Shown here: one piece after another, positions 12,035 through 23,656 of the stretch
How positions within the stretch are numbered: the stretch's first letter is position 1
Layout of the letters: every line of letters begins with the position of its first letter
Source of the DNA: Octopus vulgaris
Lineage: Eukaryota
NCBI GenBank assembly: GCA_951406725.2
Contig: OX597817.1
Location: 26,412,001 to 26,476,000, forward strand
DNA length: 64,000 nucleotides
Reading direction: 5' to 3'
The notes under the pieces: model-generated
Seen by the model: only the letters and a program-made list of their open reading frames with translations
Told to the model about the DNA's origin: nothing
The model's database searches: none
Program-made: the position numbers and the translations under genes

Positions 12035-12370
12035 GAAATTTGATTTAGTATTTCTAAATTGGATTTTTCCCTTTAAATTTGGAATAACATTCCCTCATAT
12101 TATATATATATATATATAGTTGTGTCTAGGGAGAATCATTCTATGGATGTGTGACTTTGTGTCTGTTTGTTTGTTACCACCTCTTGATGAAGGTGTTCAT
12201 TTGCTTATGTCCACAAAATTTAGCAATTCAGTGAAAGAGACCAGTAGAATAAGTACCAGGCTTTTAAAAAATAAGTATTTGAATCGATCCATTTGACTAA
12301 AAATTCTTCAATGTGGTGGCTCCAGCATGGCTGCAGTCTAAAGACTTAATCAAGTAAAAGATAAAAGAAA
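11530..12370 (+). mobile_element. SINE A interrupted in its (TA)n tract by a 290-bp palindrome and two small fragments
   Basis: 5' half at 11530-11670, 3' half at 12145-12370. Confidence 0.8.
11686..11980. repeat. Long AT-rich inverted repeat (fold-back), probably the 3' end of a Penelope-type element
   Basis: Arms about 11686-11817 and 11834-11978 are reverse complements; terminus resembles 36345-36370. Confidence 0.8.
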
Positions 12371-12828
12371 AAGATTAAAACCTCAACATCACCTTACATA
12401 TCCCGATATAGCGTATTTAAAATATATCAACCAGTTATCATTAATAGCATAATATAATCAATAAATTATTGTTTCCTCTAAATAAATTTCATGCAATCAT
12501 ATTTTCTAGATATTCTTCCTTACTAAATAAGTTTACTGTTAAAATTATTTGTTTTGAAAAATTTAACAGATGTAACAAGTCTTAGGATTACATTTGATAA
12601 ATTTATGAACTTAACAATGCATACTAGACGATAATGGAACAATATTATATTGTAAAATAGTTCAAGAAAAGAAAAAACAAATGGTACTTTATAATCGACT
12701 ACTTTGATTTATACATTTGCCAATTTCGGTTCTTTCCTTTTATAATTGTCTTCTCTAAATGCAAAAATATTGAAAAACTATAAAGTAATTTTGTTATTGG
12801 TCATTCATATTAGATAATAAATAACATA

Positions 12829-13216
12829 GGCATAGGAGTGGCCGTGTGGTAAGTAACTTGCTTACAAACCATACGGTTCCGAGGTCAATCCCACTGCATG
12901 GTACATTGGGCAAGTGTTTTCTGTTACAGCCTCAGGCCAACCAAAGCATTGTGAGTGGATTTGGTAGATGGAAACTGAAAGAAGCCCGTCGTATATATGT
13001 ATATATGTTTGTGTGTCTGTGTTTGTCCCCCCAACATTGCTTGACAACCAATGCTGGTGTCCTTACGTCCCCGTAACTTAGTGGTTCGGCAAAGGAGACT
13101 GATAGAATAAGTACTAGGTTTACAAAGAATAAGTCCTGGGGTCGATTTGGTTGACTAAAGGTGGTGCTCCAGCATGGCCGCAGTCAAATGACTGAAACAA
13201 GTAAAAGAGCAAAGAG
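12829..13216 (+). mobile_element. SINE family A
   Basis: Matches 19-419. Confidence 0.9.
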
Positions 13217-13562
13217 TAACATCTTTTATTTATAAAAACTACCAGGTTTTGATCTGCAAAGAGCTTTTCCTTAAAACAGCTTCCAGTCATAACTTCTTCA
13301 ATTTCAGCGGAGAAAAAATAACACACATAGCTTTTTTTTTATTTCTTTGCCTCTGAAACTTTTAGAGGAAAGGAAGAAGAAATCATAATTCATACATAGT
13401 CCTCAGACCTGGGGTTCAAGTCTAGATATTTGCAATAAAAGTGGACTCCACTAAAGACACTCAAAGTTCAGGCAGTGTTGTTCAACAGAACAATGAATTA
13501 AGACTATAGCCCAAGTACAGGTATTGCTCGTACAACATGTTGCCACCTGAACTTTGCCCAGG

Positions 13563-13745
13563 CTATTCTATTCTAGTGGTGATACTCTTTGAGCATCCAC
13601 CTCCACTACTAACTTGGTCACCCAGGTAGCGGAAACAATCAACTACTTCTAGTTTTTCCCCCTGGAGTGTGATGGAATCTGTTTTCTGTGTGTCTGTGGT
13701 GCCTATTGTCCCTGTGCATCTGCCGCACATGAAAGCTATCACATG
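13563..13745 (-). mobile_element. RTE-clade LINE reverse transcriptase fragment
   Basis: GEKLEVVDCFRYLGDQVSSGGGC...ITTRI matches the RT domain 7 FxYLG motif. Confidence 0.8.
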
Positions 13746-14121
13746 TTGCCACGGTCTAACTCTCAAAATTTTGACTGACCTGAATCTAGGGTAGAAGACA
13801 CTTGTCCAAAATATCACAGAGTAAAATCAAATGTAGAGTCATATAACAGCTAACTGGATTTCATATCTACATGGCTATGCTTATTGTGTGCTGTATGGAG
13901 TAATCTAGGCAGTTCTACAGTCCTGTTTCTTTCCCGGACTCTTTCATATGTTGTACACAAAGGAAAGGCAACTATTTTGTCCTAGTAGCAGCAGAACCAA
14001 TGTAATCAAGTGAATGGAGTTTCCTTCCATATTGCTGATATGTTACTTTATTAATGAGAAGGAAATTCATTAAAATCCGTTTTTTTTTTTTTTTCGTTTT
14101 TATTGTATTGTTTTTATTAAA

Positions 14122-14278
14122 GCGTTAGGAAGGGCATCCACCTGTAGAAACTCTGCCAGATTAAGATTGGAGTCTGATGCAGCCATCTGGTTCGCCAGAC
14201 CTCAGTCAAATTGTCCAACCCATGCTAGCATGGAAAGCGGACGTTAAACGATGATGATGATGATGATGATGATGATGA
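14122..14278 (+). mobile_element. Retroposon family E (RTE-type 3' tail, (GAT)n)
   Basis: CCAACCCATGCTAGCATGGAAAGCGGACGTTAAACGATGATG terminus. Confidence 0.85.
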
Positions 14279-14579
14279 CAAATTATCCAGTTCCAGATGG
14301 AAAAATAAAGTGATAAGAATGTTTACAAAATGTATAATTCATTTCTAATAGCTGTTAAGTCACAAGAATAAAAGAAAAACAAGAGACCATATTTGCTTTG
14401 TTTTGATTAAGAAAATTATGTCTAAACCTGGTGTTAAGCATTCATTTGATAGCTAAAAGCAATGAACTGTAATCTGAAACCTATATTAGAGTAGAGAACA
14501 ATAATAGCTTGTACTTATTTCATCAAGATTCTGTCCTGCATTTGGATTATGGTGGCAATAAGGAAACATATATTTTTTT

Positions 14580-14930
14580 TTTCAATTCAATTCAATTTTT
14601 ATTGGCTCAAAAAGCAAAAGCAAGGACATGTAGGGGGACAGGGAGTTATGAACAGGGAGGGTGGTCATACAAAGAGTTCAGGCCATTTCTGGTCAAGAGA
14701 GACTTTGAACCGAGCGGTCATCGGTATCTTCACTAGTTCGTCCGGCAGCCTGTTCCACGGATCCGCAACCCAGATGGAGAAAGCCCCTCTCCTTCGATTG
14801 AGATGAAATTGTCGTAGATAGAACTTTTTGGAGTGACCCTGCAGCCCATACTCTGGAGCAGGAGTGAAGAACAGCTCTTTTGAGAGGTTACACTTTTCGC
14901 TTATAATGTTGTGAGCGAGAATGAGATCCA
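14580..14930 (-). mobile_element. CR1/L2-type LINE 3' fragment
   Basis: LQGHSKK...RRGAFSIWVADPWNRLP...FKVSLD C-terminus; (TTGAA)n tail. Confidence 0.85.
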
Positions 14931-15039
14931 TATTAAAAGTCCATGAAAATGGTATATGCAGAAGATGGGATTCTTATAGTAGAGACAAACTGTTGAAGAA
15001 AATTAAAACTTGGAAAAGTGGCCACAGATCAAAGGCAAT

Positions 15040-15109
15040 AAGTGACAGGCATTCACCTTTTGAAATATAAATATAATTAGTGACAGACATTCACCTTTTG
15101 AAATATAAA
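15040..15109. repeat. Local 31-bp tandem duplication
   Basis: AGTGACAGRCATTCACCTTTTGAAATATAAA occurs twice. Confidence 0.8.
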
Positions 15110-15384
15110 CAAAGATATCGGTTTATGTAGGCAGGGAGTCAATATAGGCTAAGTTGAGGTAAAAAGTACACAGCATATGCAATGAGATCGTTATTAAACT
15201 GACAATAAAATAAAGCTTTATGTACATCTGATACATTGGAGGAGCTTGCAACAAGGAAGTATAGACTTTTAAAATAGTACAATTGGAATAGAAGATAAAT
15301 TCTGTTATATAAAGCATAATTCATACCAGGGTTAGGGCTTGCAGTAATCTATATCAAAAAGAGTATGACCTGTTGTAATATTGA

Positions 15385-15592
15385 TTTCTAATTTTGGCAA
15401 AAGGTTGTCTGAATGAAACAGCTGATTATACTGACTCCAGTACTTGACTGATAATTTATTTTATCTATCCCAGAAGGATTAAGAGGCGAAGAACACCCCC
15501 ATGGCATTTGAAATTAGCATGTAAAGCCACATAACTAACTACAACAAGGTATTTTGTTTATCACTTCGCCAATTCTGCCAAATTCACCACCC
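15385..15592 (-). mobile_element. Highly degenerate SINE B'
   Basis: Colinear remnants of the central domain and head. Confidence 0.55.
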
Positions 15593-16281
15593 TGTAATCT
15601 GCTGCAATATTAATTTATGAGTTGTTAACTGAACTGAGGAAGTAACAAAGCAATAAAAACCAACAGATTTGAGCTAGATAGACAGCAACATTTTTCTATC
15701 ATTCATTCAGTTTACAACTAAGAGTGGCAGTCCCTGCACTGAGGAATTTAATTTTAAGGAAGTTTACTAGAGCTAGGCACTAAACTCCATTCCATTTCTG
15801 ATTTTCTTGTGGATTTCAGAACAGGTTATTTTAAATAAAGTTTATTCACCTGGCATTCATTGTGTCAAAGGTTACAGAACAAGGTATAAAATCTATTTAA
15901 AAAAATGATCTAGAATTTAAAGATAAAAAGTCATCATGGCTTAGATGTGCTATTTAAGAAAAAAGGTGAGTGAAAAAAAACCACTGCCCACAATGTGTTG
16001 CTGCTTGAGATGTAGAAAGTGTAAACACAATGAGTAGAATGAGATCTTTTAAAGAATTATAGGAAAATTTATTTTAAATTCATTTATTTAACAAGAATAG
16101 GACTACATATAAAAGACTAAGACATTTCATTCAATGTAGTTGATGGTATTTGGTATCCAAGTGATTAAATGAGTGATGGAGGAAAATTTCGGATACAGAT
16201 AGCTGAACATCGAAAACATCTTAAAAACCATGTGATGTACATGGATGATGAATGATGTCAGAAAGGCATGTGTAAAAAGAT

Positions 16282-16495
16282 TCGAGCGAGGTCGTTACCA
16301 GTACCACCTGACTGGCCCTCGTGCCGGTGGCACATAAAAAGCACCCACTACACTCTCGGAGTGGTTGGCGTTAGGAAGGGCATCCAGCTGTAGAAACTCT
16401 GCCAGATCAAGATTGGAGCCTGGTGCAGCCATCTGGTTCGCCAGCTCTTAGTCAAATTATCTGACCCATGTCAGCATGGAAAGCGGATGTTAAAC

Positions 16496-16525
<30 letters not shown>
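16282..16525 (+). mobile_element. Retroposon family E
   Basis: Matches 14122 and 50150; (GAT)n tail. Confidence 0.85.
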
Positions 16526-16526
<1 letters not shown>

Positions 16527-17940
16527 TGGTCAGAGAAAGGTACACACTGTAGAGAAAGGGTTGAAGAAGATTTGAGACAATGTGAGAAGAAGTGGTTAAC
16601 TTATTTCTCATGTGTTGCAGTGCAAAGATGAAACAACAGACGGTCAAAACAAGTAGTAATGTGTTGCACAGTAGGCCTAGTCTACCAACACGAGAATGGG
16701 AAAAAAATAAATACTTAAAATGATGAATGATGATAATAGTTGTACATAAGTGTATCTATCAATCCTGTTATGAGTCAGTCAAGTATCTGAGAATAACTTT
16801 TTTTTTACCTCAGTGTACGCATATGTGATTGCATGTACTGATATAATCTGACATACATATATGCTACCAGAGAAATTAATATTTCGAAAATGCGTATACA
16901 TACAAAGATGTATTATTTTATTAGTTCACACACAGACACACACAAACACGTGCACACACACACACATATGCACACGCACACATACACACACAACAATAAC
17001 AAAAAGTATTATTTTGAAAAACATTTCCAAGTATTGCTCTTTGATTTTTGACAGATGCTACATTGAACCAATTATACTTATCTTCAAGTAACTCCAATAT
17101 ATTTCCAGTTAGCATTTACAAATAAATATGACAGTTTACAAAAGTATATACACACATATATATATAACAAGAAAGCATATGCAGAAATATACACTATAAA
17201 TGCAGAAATTTATTCACATAAACACACATTTGTGATCAAATATGTTTTTTTATGTGAATAAATGTACATTTACACTCACTAAGAATAATTTCAGCTCTTA
17301 AAATGTACATATACATTCATAAATACACATTGGATAAATATACATGCTTCACTCTAAATAACTTATGCACTCTTCAGTACAAATGTAGAATAAAAGTATT
17401 CTTCAACATCAAGATTGTCTTGTACTCACATAGAGTAAAAAAATATTAGTGCTTCTTTTATTTAAAGACGAAACAAAAATAAAGATAAAATAAAATTAAC
17501 TTTTCCATTACTTTTCTCATTGCCTATAATCAGATAAAAACAAACCCCAGAAACTTCCAATTTATGTTATGTTTATTTTTGTTATTACTGTTCTTATTTG
17601 TGCTATTTGTGCTATTCTGATACCATTTAATATTCATTTCCCATGTTTATATATTGGTATAATATCGATCATCACTGAAGACAAACTACCCACTGTGGAG
17701 TATATTTTTAATTCTTCAATCATTGATGCCCTTCCCAACAGCTACTTAATGGTGGCACTAATTTCGATAAATATACCATAAAATAGAAACAAAGTTACTA
17801 TAAATATCTTTTCTGTGATATACATTTAAAAAGGAATGATCGATTGTTTGCATAATTAGTAATACATCTAGGTAGCCTCAGATGGAAAATATGCTGGTTG
17901 CCTATTGTAGAAAATATGCCTTGTGCCTATAGTAGAAATG

Positions 17941-17994
<54 letters not shown>

Positions 17995-17995
<1 letters not shown>

Positions 17996-18253
17996 TATGT
18001 TTGACTTTTGCTTTATGTCTGTACAAGTTGGCTCCAAGTCTCACCCAGAGACCTCAAGAGAAAACAGGTTGGAAGTTCACGTTGTTGTTATGCCTAGTGT
18101 GCCATATATTTGGGGGTTTTTTTGGTGTTGTACAAGTGAATGTCTAATAAATAAATTTAAAAAAAAAAAAAAGAGTTTGTTTTAAACCTTGGGGTTACAT
18201 AAAGAGTATTTCGCATAGGATATGAGCAGTTCCCATGAGCACTATCTGTTGAA

Positions 18254-18257
<4 letters not shown>
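17995..18257 (-). mobile_element. R4/Dong-clade LINE 3' end in (TAA)n
   Basis: KIQQIVLMGTAHIL..IL C-terminus; flanked by (TTA)n. Confidence 0.75.
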
Positions 18258-18313
<56 letters not shown>

Positions 18314-18427
18314 CATCATCATCATCGTTATTATTATTATTATTATTATTGTTGTTGTTGTTGGTGGTGGTGGTGTTGTTGTTGTTGTTATTATTATTAT
18401 TATTATCATTAGTATTACTATTATTAT

Positions 18428-18500
18428 TGAGTGAGAGAGCAGTGCGTGCCATCAAAGGGACACTGGGGTAAAATATATGAAGCCCAGTATACCCATCATG
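18428..18500 (-). mobile_element. Dong-like LINE 3' tip
   Basis: Matches 23657-23730. Confidence 0.8.
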
Positions 18501-18654
18501 GGAGAATAATTTCTCTCTTTTACAATGACAGAGTATTCAACACACTTAGCTCAATGTTGCACATGATTCTTGAACACCGGTGTTACAAGATGTTAGGTTT
18601 CATCAGCCAGAAACACCTGGAAGTTTGTGCCTAAAGCAAGCTGCTGCTTGCTTT

Positions 18655-18960
18655 AGACACAAACTTCTGGTTGAAATATCTACCAGGAATACACAAAAAG
18701 CTGGCTGAAAATTTTAACAATATACTGGCAGAGCCAGACACAATGCCTGAATGGCTCACGAAAGGGAAAACCATCTTAATTCCCAAATCCAATGAGACAT
18801 CAAAACCAGAAAACTACAGACCTATAACCTGTCTCCCTACAATGTACAAAGCATTTACTGCAGTAATATCACAAAAAATTAAACAAGCACCTGGACGAAA
18901 ATAACCTGTTTCCAGAAGAGCAGAAAGGATGCCGCAAAGGCTCATATGGCTGTAAAGACT
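18655..18960 (+). mobile_element. R4/Dong-clade RT fragment (frameshifted)
   Basis: FWLKYL...PEWLTKGKTILIPK...PENYRPITCLPTMYK, then LFPEEQKGCRKGSYGCKD. Confidence 0.9.
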
Positions 18961-19104
18961 TGATGAAACATTGGTGTCCCAAAATCTCATGTACCTGTGA
19001 ACCAATTGAGTTGAACGTGCAGTTGTCATAAAAGAGAGAAGTTATTCATTTATGATGGACACTATAGCAACCAGTGTAATTTGTGTCTGAACTAGTCTAG
19101 ATTT

Positions 19105-19469
19105 ACTCTTTTACTCTTTTACTTGTTTCAGTCATTTGACTGCGGCCATGCTGGAGCACCACCTTTAATCGAGCCACTCGACCCCGGGACTTATTCTTTT
19201 GTAAACCCAGTACTTATTCTATCGGTCTCTTTTGCCGAACCGCTAAGTAACAGGGACATAAACACACCAGCATCGGTCGTCAAGCAATGCTAGGGGGACA
19301 AACACAGATACACAAACACACACACGCATATATATACATATATATATATATACATATATACGATGGGATTCTTTCAGTTTCCGTCTACCAAATCCACTCA
19401 CAAGGCTTTGGTCGGCCCGAGGCTATAATAGAAGACACTTGCCCAAGGTGCCACGCAGTGGGACTGAAC
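19105..19469 (-). mobile_element. SINE family A, 5' truncated
   Basis: Reverse complement of 19-419. Confidence 0.9.
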
Positions 19470-19671
19470 AAATAATTCTTTCAGATTTTGCTGTACACAG
19501 AGCAAATAATGGCTTTTTAAAATAGGGATGATTGTAAACATAACTATCTAAAGTTTCTGTTTATTCTGAATGACATATGCAGTTTGCATGCTTGTGTGAG
19601 TATGTGTGTGTGTGTGTGTGTTTGCATGTATATTCTCCCACACACATCCACACACATGTGCACATACGCAC

Positions 19672-19704
<33 letters not shown>

Positions 19705-19710
19705 CACATA

Positions 19711-19893
19711 GGTGTAGGAGTGGCTGTGTGGTAAGTAGCTTGCTTACGAACTACATGGTTCCGGGTTCAGTCCCACTGAGTGGCACCTTGGGCATGTGTC
19801 TTCTACCATAGCCTCGGGCCAACCAAAGCCTTGTGAGTGGATTTGGTAGAAGGAATCTAAAAGAAGCCTGTCGTATGTATATATATATGTATA
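19711..19893 (+). mobile_element. SINE family A, 5' half
   Basis: Ends in the (TA)n tract. Confidence 0.85.
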
Positions 19894-20244
19894 TTTGAAA
19901 ACATAAATTATTGGTTTGGTCCTGAGGTGTGCATTTAATCTACCAGGATAACTTAGGCTCTAAGCATGTATAGAGCAACTAACTTTGAAGATAGAGAACT
20001 CTAATAGGGAAGCCTGAGTTATGTTGTTGATTGAGCTGGTGGTATACATTTTCACCAAATTTCTGCTATGAGCATTTCCAGAATATGTAGCTGATGCTGC
20101 ACAAGTCCTTACCTCTGAAAATAAAGCACTTGTGCAAGTGGTCTAACCTCTAGAGGCTATTGGACCTTAATATCTATCATTCATGTAGTGTTTGTCGGAC
20201 CTATTATTATTATTGTTATTATTGTTATTATTATTATTATAATT

Positions 20245-20398
20245 AGGCAGTGAGCTGGCAGAATCATTAGCATGCTGGGCAACTTTGCCTTTCATCCTAT
20301 CAGGGTCGATAAATCAAGTACTAGTTGCGTACTGCGGGTTGATCTAATCGACTGTCCCCCTTCCCCAAAAATTCAGGCCTTGTTTCTATAATAGAAAA
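20245..20398 (+). mobile_element. SINE B', internally deleted
   Basis: Head joined directly to the central domain. Confidence 0.8.
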
Positions 20399-20449
20399 GA
20401 TTACTATTATTATTGTTGTTGTTGTTGTTATTATTATTATTATTATTAA

Positions 20450-21483
20450 TATTAGTGATTCGATTGTAAGATATTTTATTGGTTGAACGATATTTCAACA
20501 GTAAGTCTGTCTTTGTCAAGTTCAAAATAACAAGTGATAAAAATTCAAAATTATATAAATTTAAATGTAAAGTATGAACGAGAGCAACCAGTGTCCACAC
20601 GTTGATGGAATGACATCATCAGTTTTTAAGTTACAATTTTATAACAAACGAAAAGAAAAAGACAGAAAAAAAACAGAAAAAAGGAGAAATAAAGAGAGAA
20701 AGAAGAATATTATTCAAACATTTTTATATAAATTTGATGATATTCTCCTGTCATCTTATTCATTCCTCCAGGGCATAATGTTAATAACCCGCAAGCATAT
20801 TTCTCCTCATACATTCTGAGAAGTGAAAGTGAAGCAGATTCAGAATATTTTCTGAGAATATGCACTTTCAAGTCTTCTTCAAAATTGCAGCCGCTTGAAA
20901 CGAAATGTTCAGAAAGTTCTGTTGAACTACTGTTATTGTGCCTAACATCGAATGTGTCCATTAAACTTTGTACAACCAATATAATTTAAGTTTTGTTTCA
21001 TGCATTCTGCAGCGTACACCAAATGGGTGCCTTTACATGTTCCACCTTCTGTATAAATCATAAAAGAAATGTTATGATTTCGGATGGAATTCACTTCATT
21101 CATGTTGTTGCAGACGCTTGAAACGAAATGTTCAGAAAGTTCTGTCGAACTACTGTTATTGTGCCGGACGTTCATTCTGTGCCCATTAATCCTTTTGTTT
21201 AATTGTTCTGTTGTAACAACCAACATAAATTAATTTGTGTTTTGTGCATTCTGCAGCGTACACCAAATGCGTATCTTTACATGTATAAATCTTTACAGAA
21301 ACGTTATGATTTCTGATGGAATTCACTTCACTCATGTTGTTGCACAATGAACAGGGCTTACTCCTCTTGCGGCTGTTCTTTAAGGTTCGTTTTCTTGGAG
21401 TCTGATATAGAGGTCAATAATTCTCTTATATTCTTACTCCGTCTAAAGGCTACAATAGGCGGCTGAGGAAATATCTGTTTGAA
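20450..21483 (-). mobile_element. Inverted 3' arm (pseudo-LTR) of a Penelope-like element, with an internal duplication of the GIY-YIG segment
   Basis: Reverse complement of 22033-22829; LVYAAEC motif present twice. Confidence 0.9.
20483..20525 (-). ncRNA. Minimal type-I hammerhead ribozyme, U3:A8 variant
   Basis: TTGAAC-TTGACAA-a-GACAG actta CTGTT-GAAA-ta-TC-GTTCAA then AATAAA; 6-bp stem I; AUC triplet. Confidence 0.8.
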
Positions 21484-22829
21484 GGATCTGGGAAGGATCA
21501 CAGGATAGTTTAATGGACTTCTTGCATTTCTGTGACTGTTATACTAGAAACTATAGCTTTAAGTCCAGCATAAAATTTACGTATAATTTTTCAAAAACTA
21601 GCGTTGAATTTTTAGACACAAAAGTCAAGTTTTCTGGAGGCAAAATAGAGACAGAGTTACTTTGCAAGTCCACGTCATCCCACATTTCTCTTCTCCGCCA
21701 CTCTGATCATCCACATCATCTTATTCTCTCAAATCCGAAATCCCAATTTTTGAGGATAAAACGGATTTGTACTTCATAGGGGATTACTGGAAACATGTAA
21801 ATGCTTTTGTATGTCATTATGTCAAACATAGTTACAGTGAATCACAATTAAAGGAAATAGCAAATGAAATAGCTAATACTAGCAAAGATAGTCAAACCTA
21901 CACGCATAATTTTAGCAAACACAATACAATAGATGACAGAATTCCTTTAGTGATTAGCTGGCACCGATATTTCGCTGGCATTTCAAAAGTGTTGCATGAA
22001 AGTTACCAGCATGTGGCGAAAAAAATCCTCGTTTCAAACAGATATTTCCTCAGCCGCCTATTGTAGCTTTTAGACGGAATAAGAATATAAGAGAATTATT
22101 TACCTCTATATCTGACTCCAAGAAAACAGACATTGGAGTATCTGCACGCTGTACCTTAAAGAACAGCTGCAAGAGAAGTAAGCCCTGTTCATTGTGCAAC
22201 AACATGAGTGAAGTGAATTCCATCAGAAATCATCACATTTCTGTAAAGATTTATACAGAAGGCGTAACATGTAAAGATACCAATTTGGTGTACGCTGCAG
22301 AATGCACAAAACACAAATTAATTTATGTCGGTTGTTACAACAAAACAATTTAACAAAAGGGTTAATGGGCACAGAATGAACGTCCGGCACAATAACAGCA
22401 GGTCGACAGAACTTTCTGAACATTACGTTTCAGGCGGCTGCAATTTTGAAGAAGACTTGAAAGTGCATATTCTCAGAAAATATTCCGAATCTGCTTCACT
22501 TTCACTTCTCAGAATGTATGAGGAGAAATATGCTTGCGGGTTATTAACATTATGCCCTGGAGGAATAAGATGACAGGAGAATATCATCAAATCATCTTCT
22601 TTCTTTTCCTTTTATTTTTTTTCTGTCGTTTTCGTTTTTCTGCTTTTTTTCTGTCTTTTTCTTTTCGTTTGTTATAAAATTGTAACTTAAAACTGATGAT
22701 GTCATTCCATCATCGCGTGGACGCTGGTTGCTCTCGTTTACATTTAAATTTCTATAACTTTGAATTTTTAACACTTGTTATTTTGAACTTGTCAAAGACA
22801 GACTTACTGTTGAAGTATCGTTCAACCAA
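21484..22829 (+). pseudogene. 5'-truncated Neptune-type Penelope retroelement: RT C-terminus/thumb, Cys-rich linker, GIY-YIG endonuclease, 3' UTR
   Basis: SVEFLD, SDHPHH..SQFLRIKRICT, PPIVAFRRNKNIRE, C..SCKRSKPCSLC, LVYAAEC..IY.G...RVNGHR, LLTLCPGG; frameshifts and stops. Confidence 0.9.
22783..22825 (+). ncRNA. Mutated copy of the U3:A8 hammerhead
   Basis: Same stems as 20483-20525 but TTGTCAA and GAAG in the core. Confidence 0.65.
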
Positions 22830-22896
22830 CAAACGAACCACGCTCTTCGTCTTGACTCTTTATCTTTGTGAAGGGTTAAGTCAATCCTTTTTAAGA

Positions 22897-22935
<39 letters not shown>

Positions 22936-22964
22936 CATCATCATCATTATTATTATTATTTGAT

Positions 22965-23302
22965 GAAAACTCATGATGGAAAATGTCAGCTGTCCACATC
23001 CAGCAGACTAAGGTGACACTTGTTTATTGAACATACCTTAAGAACCCTGAAAAGTCTTGCAGTTCTAAGAAATGATGATTTTTCTTGGTGTTCTACTGTT
23101 ACAATTGTACCAGCCTTTTTGAGCCTTATTGATAGTTAAGTGTTGATACATCCAAATGCACCAATTACTATTGGTACCATGTTTACTCACCTCATTAAAA
23201 ACAACCTTCGTATTTCCCACTTCAAATCATCATAGCTGTTCAGTTTTCTTGTTTCTCTTTGATCTTGTTGTCACCGGGACATGCTATGTTGATTATCAGG
23301 CA
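22965..23302 (-). mobile_element. R4/Dong-clade LINE restriction-like endonuclease C-terminal fragment (a different family)
   Basis: CLIINIACPGDNKIKEK...DLKWEIRRL...VPIVIGAFG; flanked by (TTA)n. Confidence 0.8.
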
Positions 23303-23320
23303 TTGTTATTATTATTATTA

Positions 23321-23417
<97 letters not shown>

Positions 23418-23586
23418 GTTCTATATTTAAGTGATGAGGAATTATGTACATTATTTACATTTGATGGATATTTGTCCTCATTTTGTTTCTTGTTAACACA
23501 GCGTTTCGGCTGATATACCTTTCAGCATTCATTAGGTGTCTTGGGGAAATTTTGAACCTGGGTTCTCATTCCTAAGGTATTTTTCG
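23418..23586 (-). mobile_element. Family F Penelope-type short element with degenerate hammerhead (23495-23540)
   Basis: gacac-CTAATGA..CAGCC-GAAA-cg-CT-gtgtt; homologous to 41170-41345. Confidence 0.75.
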
Positions 23587-23656
23587 GTGTTGTTGTTGTT
23601 GTTATTATTATTATTATCAACAACATCATCATTATTATTATTATTATTATTATTAT

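Noticed and set aside
22692-22700. CTGATGA in the Penelope 3' UTR
   Set aside because: No stem II/GAAA partner; the supported motif is the U3:A8 one about 90 nt downstream
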